A stretch of 64,000 nucleotides of DNA from Lichenicola sp. Its GTDB lineage: Bacteria; Pseudomonadota; Alphaproteobacteria; Acetobacterales; Acetobacteraceae. The stretch's first letter is position 1; the number at the start of each line of letters is the position of its first letter. This document shows positions 10,444-17,748 of this stretch, in pieces. The translations under genes and the position numbers were made by a program. Under the pieces are notes generated by a model, which worked only from the letters and a program-made list of their open reading frames with translations, did not search any database and was not told where the DNA came from. Location of the stretch: positions 3,196,767 to 3,260,766 of the forward strand of contig OZ240668.1 of the NCBI GenBank assembly GCA_965198655.1. The letters run 5' to 3'.

Positions 10444-11805
10444 ATGTCACTGACGATGTCTCAGCAGACGGCGATGAACGGCGCCGTACGCCACCTGGTC
10501 AGCCGCTACAACCCCAAGGGCCGCCGCATCGGCTGGCTGATGCTTGCCTCGATCCTGCTAGAGGCCTGGGACCTGTACTCCATTGCTTTCGTGCTGGTGT
10601 TCATCCGCCAGCAGTTCCATCCGAACCCGCTGCTGCTCGGCCTGGCCGCCGCCGGAACGCAAGGCGGCGCGCTGGTCGGCGCGCTGCTGGGCGGATGGCT
10701 GTGCGACCGGATCGGCCGCCGGGTGATGTTCCTGACGACCATGGTCCTGTTCATCGTGCTGGCCCTGGCCCAGGCCTTCGTGCCCACCGTCGGCTGGCTG
10801 GTGCTGGTGCGCCTGCTGCTCGGCATCCCGCTCGGCAGCGACATCTCCAACGGCTACGCCTACATCATGGAGTCGATGCCCAGGGGCGAGCGGGAGGTGA
10901 TGGGCAACCGCTGGCAGTTCATGTTCGCCCTGGGCGAGGTCCTGACGCTGGCGGTGGTCGCGGTGTTCCTGATCGCCCGGCTGCCGCCGCACCTGATCTG
11001 GCGGGTGACGCTGGGGCTGGGCGCGTTGCCGGCGGTGATCATCCTGTGGATGCGCCACGACCTGCCGGAAACGGCGGTCTGGCTGGTCCGGCGCGGCCGC
11101 TACCGCGAGGCCAAGCAGGTCAGCCAGGAGCTGTACGGCGATCCGCTCGACATGCTGCCGGACGAGGACGTGGTGGTGAGCCGGCCGGCGCCGACCGCGT
11201 TCCTGGCCGACCTCGCGCAGGACCGGACCCGCTGGCGCGCCACGCTGTACGGCTGGATCTCCTGCTTCTGCCAGGCGGCGGAGTTCTCCACCTTCGCCTT
11301 CTACATCCCGGTGCTGTTCCTGTCCCTGCACGTGTCCTCCGTGCTCGGCACCGACCTGGTGACGATGGGGCTGTACGTGATCGCCGCGATCTCCGGCTGG
11401 GTCGGCCCGCTGATCACGCCCCGGATCGGGCATCGCGGCATCGGCGCCGCCGGGTTCGGCATCGTGCTGGTCTCGCTGCTGGCGGCAGCCGCGGCGATCC
11501 ATACCCACCACCCGATGCTGCTGCCGTTCATCGCGGCCACCATGCTCTGGGGCCACTACTGGGACGCGTCCAACGGCATGACCATCCCCGCCCTGGTCGC
11601 GAAACCGGAATATCGCGGCACCGCCAGCGGCTTCGCCTACATGTTCGTCAAGCTGCCGTCGTTCCTGGCGATCTTCCTGTTCCCGTCCCTGTTCCAGGCG
11701 ATCGGCCAGGCGGACGCCACGCTGTTCGTCGCCATCTTCCCGCTGGTCGGGCTGCTGTCGGCCGTGTTCATCCTGCCCGAGGTCTACGGCTATGAGCACG
11801 ACTGA
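10444..11805 (+). CDS. MFS transporter (sugar-porter-like)
   Basis: 453 aa, about 12 hydrophobic helices, DRIGRR loop motif between TM2 and TM3. Overlaps the kdgK start. Confidence 0.8.
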   Translation: MSLTMSQQTAMNGAVRHLVSRYNPKGRRIGWLMLASILLEAWDLYSIAFVLVFIRQQFHPNPLLLGLAAAGTQGGALVGALLGGWLCDRIGRRVMFLTTMVLFIVLALAQAFVPTVGWLVLVRLLLGIPLGSDISNGYAYIMESMPRGEREVMGNRWQFMFALGEVLTLAVVAVFLIARLPPHLIWRVTLGLGALPAVIILWMRHDLPETAVWLVRRGRYREAKQVSQELYGDPLDMLPDEDVVVSRPAPTAFLADLAQDRTRWRATLYGWISCFCQAAEFSTFAFYIPVLFLSLHVSSVLGTDLVTMGLYVIAAISGWVGPLITPRIGHRGIGAAGFGIVLVSLLAAAAAIHTHHPMLLPFIAATMLWGHYWDASNGMTIPALVAKPEYRGTASGFAYMFVKLPSFLAIFLFPSLFQAIGQADATLFVAIFPLVGLLSAVFILPEVYGYEHD

Positions 11806-12721
11806 GCGGCGCATGCGGATCGCCTGCCTCGGCGAGTGCATGGTGGAGCTGCGCGAGCGTCCGGACGGGCTGCTGAGCCGAAGCCATGGCGGCGACACGC
11901 TCAACACGGCGGTCTATCTCGCCCGGCTCGGCGCGTCGGTCGACTACGTCACCGCCCTCGGCGACGACCCGATGAGCGACGAGATGCTGGACGCGTGGCG
12001 CGCCGAAGGGATCGGCACCGGCCTGGTGCAACGCGTGGCCGGACACCTGCCCGGCCTCTACATCATCCAGACCAGCCCGGCCGGCGAGCGTCGCTTCACG
12101 TACTGGCGCGACAGCGCAGCCGCACGGCAGCTGTTCGACCATCTCGACCTGCGGGCGCTCGAAGCGGTCGACATGCTCTATCTGTCCGGCATCAGCCTCT
12201 CGATCTATGCCGAGCCGGCCAGGACGATCCTGTTCCAGGCGCTGGCGGCGCTGCGCGCGCGCGGTGGCCGGGTGGTGTTCGACACCAACTTCCGGCCGCG
12301 CGGCTGGCCGGACCGGATGCTGGCCCGTGCCTGCTACGCCCGCATGTTCGACCTGGCCGACATCGTGCTCGCCTCGGTCGAGGACCTGCGCCTGCTCTAC
12401 GACACCGAGGATGGCGCGGCGCTGCTCCGTCATGCCGATGACACCGAGATCGTGCTGAAGCTGGACGATCAGGCGTCGCGCATCGTGCATGACGGCACCC
12501 GGCTGCTGGTCCGGGCGGCTCCGGTGGCACGGGTGGTCGACACCACCGCCGCCGGCGACAGCTTCGCCGCCGCCTACCTGGCCGCCCGGCTGGGCGGTGC
12601 GTCGCCGGACGTGGCCGCCCTGGCCGGCCATGATCTCGCCGGGCTGGTGGTGGGGCATCCGGGCGCGATCATCCCCCGGGCGGCGATGGCCGGCGCGATA
12701 CCACCGCAGGGCGGCGCTTGA
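11792..12721 (+). CDS. kdgK: 2-dehydro-3-deoxygluconokinase (PfkB family)
   Basis: IACLGECMVEL, GGDTLNTAVYLARLG, YVTALGDDPMSDEMLDAWRAEGI, LPGLYIIQT..GERRFTYWR, VVDTTAAGDSFAAAYLAARL: close to the KdgK pattern. Alternative ATG at 11813. Confidence 0.85.
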   Translation: MSTTERRMRIACLGECMVELRERPDGLLSRSHGGDTLNTAVYLARLGASVDYVTALGDDPMSDEMLDAWRAEGIGTGLVQRVAGHLPGLYIIQTSPAGERRFTYWRDSAAARQLFDHLDLRALEAVDMLYLSGISLSIYAEPARTILFQALAALRARGGRVVFDTNFRPRGWPDRMLARACYARMFDLADIVLASVEDLRLLYDTEDGAALLRHADDTEIVLKLDDQASRIVHDGTRLLVRAAPVARVVDTTAAGDSFAAAYLAARLGGASPDVAALAGHDLAGLVVGHPGAIIPRAAMAGAIPPQGGA

Positions 12722-12743
12722 GGTCGCTTTCCTAGAAGCTTCA

Positions 12744-12862
12744 AAGGCCAGGGCTCTGCCCTGGACCCGCTGGGGCCGGAGGCCCCAGACCCCTTTTACT
12801 TCAAGAATCGGGTTTGAAGGGCTCTGCCCTTCATGGGGTCCAGGGGCAAAGCCCCTGGCCTT
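12744..12862 (+). repeat. composite nested-hairpin intergenic repeat (REP/MITE-like), copy A, short form
   Basis: AAGGCCAGGGCtctgCCCTGGACCC / CTGGGGCCggaGGCCCCAG / TTGAAGGGCtctGCCCTTCA / GGGTCCAGGGGCaaaGCCCCTGGCCTT. The termini are inverted repeats of each other. Confidence 0.85.
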
Positions 12863-12960
12863 CGCCGCCAACGGAAGCTTCCAAACGGACGCGCGCGCAG
12901 CATCCCCGCCAAGGCTGGATTTCGTTTCGCAGGCGGTGTTTTCCGATTGGGACAAGTATC

Positions 12961-14604
12961 ATGCGGTCTCCCCTGCGTGGAGATGGCATGTCGGACCGAC
13001 CCGGGTTGTTCTTGCGCTTCGGCGACGTGCGCGTTCCGGCCACGTTCCACGGCACGGCTAGTCTGATGGACCCCGCCGAGCCGTTGCCGCCCGCGCCACC
13101 CTGCGGTTACGACGACCTGCCCGGCACGTTCCACGCCGAGCTCGACATCACCTTCGACCTGCTCGTGGGCCTGGGGTACAGGCCGGTCGATCCGTCGCAC
13201 CCGGCCTATCCGCTCTACCTCGCCGCCGCCAGCGCTTCCCGCGAGCCGGCAGCGGCCTCGCCCGAGCCGGTGGGCGGCATCGATCGGTACTCCCCCTACG
13301 CCATCGTCTTTCCGTTCCAGACCATGGTGCCGGTCACCGCGGCCATGGCGCTGCGATACGGTCTGGTGGCGCCTGGCCGGGCGACCTCGGGACACGGACG
13401 CGATGCCGCTCAGCCGCAGCCCGTCCGGCGCAAGCCGGCACCGCCGCTCCATCATGCCAAGGCCGGCTCGAGCGGAGCCCCGCCGCCGCCGATCGGCGAC
13501 TTCGAGGCGTTTCTCGACTTCATGGGCAATCCGGAGCGGCATGGGGCTGGCGGCGCTGCCGACGCGGACCATCCGTCCGGCACCGCGCTGGCGGAGAAGG
13601 TCCCCGACGCAGCGTCGCCAACGCCCGCGACCGGGACCGGGACCGGGACCGGGACGCCCGCGCTCATGCTGCCGTCCCTGGCAACCGCATCGCCATCAAC
13701 CGCCATGCCGCCGGCAGCCGGCACGGCGCCACCTGCCGTGGGTATTGTTCCGGCCATGGGGAGAGTTGCCACCGCCGGCGCGGAAGCCGTCGAGGCAGCG
13801 GCCCTGTCCACCGGCGCGTCCGTGCTGGCCGCGCCGGCGGCCGCGGCGGTGGTCTTGCTGGCGCCGACCTCGACCGCCGCCGACGACACGCTCCTCGCGA
13901 AGGGCATCCCGATCGGGCCGCCCCTGCGTAAGCCGAGGGTCGATGTCGGCGATCTCGGGGCCGACCTGAACCTGGGCGCCAACGCCTTTTCGCCGGCGCC
14001 GTCGCCCGCATCGGGCGCGCCGCCGCTGGTGCCGCCCGAGACCCGTCCGATGCGGGAAAGCCTGCCGATCGCGACCGCCGACGGCTGGCGGGAAAGCCTG
14101 ACGCCTCCCGCACCTCTGCCGCCGCTGCCCGGCTTCGCAACGCCGGACATGGGCGGGCCGACCGAAGCGGAGGGGTTCACGCCGTCAGGCGGCGACGTGC
14201 CGATCATCCTGGAGGCCCGAAAGCCTGTCGGTCCGGACGTGTCGCGGGTCAACGGCCGTTATCCGCGCAACGCGGACTACGCGGGTCAGAACTATCCCGC
14301 AAGCAAGTTGCCACCTGCTCTTCAGGCCTTGTATCCGAACGGCGTTGACTTCACGCCCCAAGGCTTCCCGGATCTCAGACCATATGCCAAATTCGAAACG
14401 AAAGTTCCGGATCTGACCGGAGATCACAAAAAGGACGCTAGAAAGGCCAACGAAAACGTTGGTCTAGCTAGAACCCCTGAAGGTTACACCTGGCACCATG
14501 TCGAGGATGGAGTCACCATGCAGCTTGTTCCGAGCGACCTTCATGAGAGCATAGCTCATACGGGAGGCGCTGCGGCCAAGAAAGGGGAAAGGAATGGCCC
14601 TTGA
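12961..14604 (+). CDS. polymorphic toxin with C-terminal WHH-type HNH/EndoVII nuclease domain; N-terminal domain unassigned
   Basis: C-terminus ...GYTWHHVEDGVTMQLVPSDLHESIAHTGG carries the four-His WHH-family signature. A long Ala/Pro-rich linker sits in the middle. Start set at the first ATG after repeat copy A (12961; alternative 12988). The stop overlaps the immunity gene start (ATGGCCCTTGA). Confidence 0.75.
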   Translation: MRSPLRGDGMSDRPGLFLRFGDVRVPATFHGTASLMDPAEPLPPAPPCGYDDLPGTFHAELDITFDLLVGLGYRPVDPSHPAYPLYLAAASASREPAAASPEPVGGIDRYSPYAIVFPFQTMVPVTAAMALRYGLVAPGRATSGHGRDAAQPQPVRRKPAPPLHHAKAGSSGAPPPPIGDFEAFLDFMGNPERHGAGGAADADHPSGTALAEKVPDAASPTPATGTGTGTGTPALMLPSLATASPSTAMPPAAGTAPPAVGIVPAMGRVATAGAEAVEAAALSTGASVLAAPAAAAVVLLAPTSTAADDTLLAKGIPIGPPLRKPRVDVGDLGADLNLGANAFSPAPSPASGAPPLVPPETRPMRESLPIATADGWRESLTPPAPLPPLPGFATPDMGGPTEAEGFTPSGGDVPIILEARKPVGPDVSRVNGRYPRNADYAGQNYPASKLPPALQALYPNGVDFTPQGFPDLRPYAKFETKVPDLTGDHKKDARKANENVGLARTPEGYTWHHVEDGVTMQLVPSDLHESIAHTGGAAAKKGERNGP

Positions 14605-15142
14605 TATCGATCCTCCCGACAGGGTGCCGTCCGAGGCGGAGATACAGGATCTCGAACGTCAACTCGGCTTCCGCCTCCCTGACCGCTTCAGGGCCCTGCT
14701 TCCGCAACTGAACGGCGCCGTAGCAGAACCGAACACGATCAAGGGACCTGGGGACGAGGATTACGAGATCAACGTGTTCGAAAAGATCGAGGAGATCGCC
14801 CAAAGCAAGAACGCGATCGACAGCGAGAGGCCTACCGACCTCCTGCTGGTGCCGTTCGCCATGGATGGATGCGGCAACCATTTCTGCGTCGTTGCGGCCG
14901 ATGGCCCCGAGACGGGAGCGGTCTACTTCGAGGACCACGAGATCGCGGGAGACGAAGCGTTCTTGAAGATCGCCGCCAGCCTGGACGAGTTGATCGAGAA
15001 CGCCGAACCCGATGTCGACACTGATGAAGGCGGCAGCACGGGGATCGTTACCTACGCCGAGCCAGGCTTCCTGGAGTTCTGCAAGGAGCAGGAAAGGGAA
15101 AGGCAGAAGAAGAGACAGGAAAGGAAGGAGGGGAAGAAATAG
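14594..15142 (+). CDS. SUKH-1 (SMI1/KNR4) family immunity protein, copy 1
   Basis: SEAEIQDLERQLGFRLPDRFRALLPQLNG ... LLLVPFAMDGCGNHFCVV...VYFEDHE matches the SMI1/KNR4 pattern. It lies immediately 3' of the toxin with an 11-nt overlap. Lys/Glu/Arg-rich tail. Confidence 0.8.
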   Translation: MALDIDPPDRVPSEAEIQDLERQLGFRLPDRFRALLPQLNGAVAEPNTIKGPGDEDYEINVFEKIEEIAQSKNAIDSERPTDLLLVPFAMDGCGNHFCVVAADGPETGAVYFEDHEIAGDEAFLKIAASLDELIENAEPDVDTDEGGSTGIVTYAEPGFLEFCKEQERERQKKRQERKEGKK

Positions 15143-15183
15143 CCAGACACCCGTGGTTTGCCAGGTGTAGCCATTTGACCACC

Positions 15184-15300
15184 ACCTGGCACCATGTCGA
15201 GGATGGGGTCACCATGCAGCTTGTTCCTACCGACCTTCACGACAGCGTAAAGCATATTGGCGGCGTCGCGGTCAGGAAAGGAGAAAGGAATGGCCCTTGA
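15184..15300 (+). pseudogene. orphan toxin C-terminal tip (WHH nuclease fragment, no start codon)
   Basis: In-frame TWHHVEDGVTMQLVPTDLHDSVKHIGGVAVRKGERNGP*, 30/38 identical to the end of the full toxin. In-frame stops lie upstream, and homology begins exactly at the TWHH codons. Confidence 0.8.
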
Positions 15301-15837
15301 TATCGATCCTCCCGACAGGGTGCCGTCGGAAGCGGAGATACAGGATCTCGAACGTCAACTCGGCTTCCGCCTTCCCGACCGCTTCCGGGCCCTGCTTCCG
15401 CAACTGAACGGCGCCGAAGCAGAGCCGAACGTAATCAAGGGTGTTGGGGACGGGGACTACGCCATCAACAGGTTCGAGAAGATCGAGCACATCGTCGACA
15501 GCAAGAACGCGATCGACAGCGTGAGGCCTTCCGATCTCTTGCTGGTGCCGTTCGCCATGGATGGACTCGGCAACTGGTTCTGCGTCGTTGCGGCCGATGG
15601 TCCCGATAAGGGGCGGTCTACTTCGTGGACCACGAAATCGAGGGTGACGAGGCCTTCTTGAAGATTGCCGCCAGCCTGGATGAGCTGCTCGAGAATGCCG
15701 AACCCTACGTCGACACCGACGAGGGCGACAGCACGGGGATCATTACCTACGCCGAGCCAGGCTTCCTGGAGTTCTTCAAGGAGCAGGAAAGGGAAAAGGA
15801 AAGGAAGAGGAAGGAAGCGAAGAAAGATGGCCCTTGA
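15290..15837 (+). pseudogene. SUKH-1 immunity paralog, copy 2, interrupted by a -1 frameshift near 15612
   Basis: Frame 1 (15290-15661) matches copy 1 up to ...FCVVAADGPDKG, then reads nonsense. The next frame (from about 15625) resumes DHEIEGDEAFLKIAASLDELLENAEP.... Alignment to copy 1 shows one base missing (GGGAGCGGTC versus GGGGCGGTC). Confidence 0.7.
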
Positions 15838-16339
15838 TGTCGATCCTCCCGACCGGGTGCCGTCCGAAGCGGAGATACAGGATCTCGAACGCCAGCTCGG
15901 CTTCCGTCTCCCCGACCGCTTCAGGGCCCTGCTTCCGCGACTGAACGGCGCCGTAGCAGAACCGAACGTGATCAAGGGATCTGGAGACGAGGACTACGGG
16001 ATCAGCAGGTTCGAAGAGATCGAGCAAATCGCCCAAAGCAGGGAGGCGATGGACAGCCAGAACCCGTCCGATCTCTTGTTGGTGCCCTTCGCTGACAATG
16101 GATGCGGTGACTGGTTCTGCGTCGTTGCGGCCGATTGTCCCGAGAAGGAGGCGGTCTACTTCGTAGACCACGAATTTGAGGGAAACCACGCCTTTTCGAG
16201 GATCGCTGCCAACCTGGACGAGTTGTTCGAGAACGCCGAACCCGACATCGACACGGATGATGACGACAACAAGGCAACCGTTGTCTGGATCGAGCCAGGA
16301 ATTCTTGATCCACTAAAGGAGAAAGAAAAGAAGAACTGA
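15827..16339 (+). CDS. SUKH-1 (SMI1/KNR4) family immunity protein, copy 3
   Basis: MALDVDPPDRVPSEAEIQDLERQLGFRLPDRFRALLPRLNG...LLLVPFADNGCGDWFCVV...VYFVDHE. The same ATGGCCCTTGA junction joins it to the preceding gene. Confidence 0.8.
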   Translation: MALDVDPPDRVPSEAEIQDLERQLGFRLPDRFRALLPRLNGAVAEPNVIKGSGDEDYGISRFEEIEQIAQSREAMDSQNPSDLLLVPFADNGCGDWFCVVAADCPEKEAVYFVDHEFEGNHAFSRIAANLDELFENAEPDIDTDDDDNKATVVWIEPGILDPLKEKEKKN

Positions 16340-16802
16340 TCAAGCATCCACTGGACTGCGAGATTGACGAACGCCGTAAGGGCGGAGGGCTCACACCCGC
16401 GAACGAAGCCGGTGACCCGGGCGGGACTGGCGCCGCTCGGACGTGCCTGGCCTGGTTCAGGCCTGGCTTGACAAGAGACCACGACGAACAACACACGGCT
16501 GGCGATCCGCGACACGATCCCTGCGATGAAATTGCGCAGACCTGGGCGTCAGAAAACCGATCAGGCGGCTGCGGCGCGCATGAGACGGCGCCCATGTCCG
16601 GCGCGTCCTGCGCCCCGTCACCGCCAGGAACGCCGCCAGCCACCGGTCCGGACCATCCGGGCAGGCAGCCCGCGTCGCCATCGCCGCTCCCGGCTTCCCA
16701 TCCGCACGCCTGCCTCGGCTCGCTTTGTGCGCGGCGCCGGTGCTGCCGCCTGTACGTCGCGCCGACGTCGGGATCGTGCCATCCCGGCTCGCCGTCGGTC
16801 AG

Positions 16803-16962
16803 AAGGCCAGGGCTCCGCCCATCGATCTGCTTCGCAACGCGGTCCGCTGGAACCGTCACGCGACGCGTGCCCACGCAGGACGGCCCCAGACTCCTTTCCT
16901 TCAAGAATCGGGTTTGAAGGGCTCCGCCCTTCATGGGGTCCAGGGGCAAGGCCCCTGGCCTT
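16803..16962 (+). repeat. composite nested-hairpin repeat, copy B, long form
   Basis: Same termini and core as copy A, plus the internal CCCATCGATCTGCTTCGCA...CCGCTGG module shared with copies C and F. Confidence 0.8.
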
Positions 16963-17010
16963 CCCGACCCAAGGCCACGAGCCGGATCAACGAGGGGCCG
17001 ACCGCCCGCC

Positions 17011-17646
17011 TCACGCCTCGTCCGTGTCCTTCGGCAGCAGCAGCACGAACGGCAGCATCGCGGCCGGGACGAGAAGCGGCAGGACCAGGCCGTGTTGGCA
17101 CAGGACGCCGAGGGCCGCCCCCGTCACGTACGCCGCCCACAGCGACGGCACGATGACGAGCACGGCCCGGTCGCCATCCTCCCCCTTCCGCCCTGCGATC
17201 CGCCTGGCGACCGCCTGGGCGAGCTTCTGCAGGTCGCCCGACACGAAGCTGGTGTTGATGCTTTGCCCGCCGAAGCGGGTGAAGGCGGCGTTCTGCCCGG
17301 CCAGGGCGGCGCCGAGAACGAGGACGTTGATCGGTTTCGGCAGGAACGCGGCCACGAGGATGACGAGGCTGGCGGCCAGGACGGCCAGCGCGCTGCCCCG
17401 CCTCGAACCCCGCTCCGGGCGAAGCAGCAGCCGTGCTGCCAGCGAGCCGATGAAGAAGCATAGGACCGCGGTCGCCTTCTGTTCGGCGCCGTGCCAGTGC
17501 CCCTCGGCCAGGGCCACGCCGAGCAGGGCGGTGTTCCCGGTCATCTGTGCGGCGAAGATGCCGGTCTGGAGCCAGCCGAGGCCATCGGACAGGCCGGCGA
17601 TCAGGGCGAGCCAGGAGGCACGAAGGGCAGGATGACGCAGCAGCAC
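17011..17646 (-). CDS. YoaK/DUF1275 family membrane protein
   Basis: GLSDGLGWLQTGIFAAQMTGNTALLG signature (MTGN) plus multiple TM helices; 211 aa. Confidence 0.7.
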   Translation of the reverse strand: MLLRHPALRASWLALIAGLSDGLGWLQTGIFAAQMTGNTALLGVALAEGHWHGAEQKATAVLCFFIGSLAARLLLRPERGSRRGSALAVLAASLVILVAAFLPKPINVLVLGAALAGQNAAFTRFGGQSINTSFVSGDLQKLAQAVARRIAGRKGEDGDRAVLVIVPSLWAAYVTGAALGVLCQHGLVLPLLVPAAMLPFVLLLPKDTDEA

Positions 17647-17748
17647 GACGCCAGAGCGTTTCCCGTCCCCCTCCGTTCACTTCGAATGCCCTGGCTTGTT
17701 GTTCGGCCAAGCGTCCTCACCCGATCGGGTGGTCCACCTGATGCGGCG

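Noticed and set aside
12796-13572. ORFs beginning or ending with MGSRGKAPG..., ...PLDPMKG(R/G/K)ALQTRFLK or ...ARALPWTRWGRRPQTP. They recur at about 12.8, 16.9, 27.6, 31.9, 39.3 and 59.7 kb, and at first sight look like a conserved small protein family.
   Set aside because: The shared peptides are simply translations of the six nested-hairpin repeat copies in different frames and orientations. They have no consistent start, stop or length.
14594-16339. Regularly spaced roughly 540-bp tandem units, considered as a possible CRISPR-like or satellite array.
   Set aside because: The units are full-length protein-coding paralogs (SUKH immunity genes), far longer than CRISPR repeats or spacers, and there are no short direct repeats with unique spacers.
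16340-16800. Space downstream of the immunity array, examined for a further toxin or immunity fragment, a tRNA or an integrase.
   Set aside because: I found no similarity to the toxin tip or SUKH units, no cloverleaf-compatible sequence, and only high-GC spurious ORFs.
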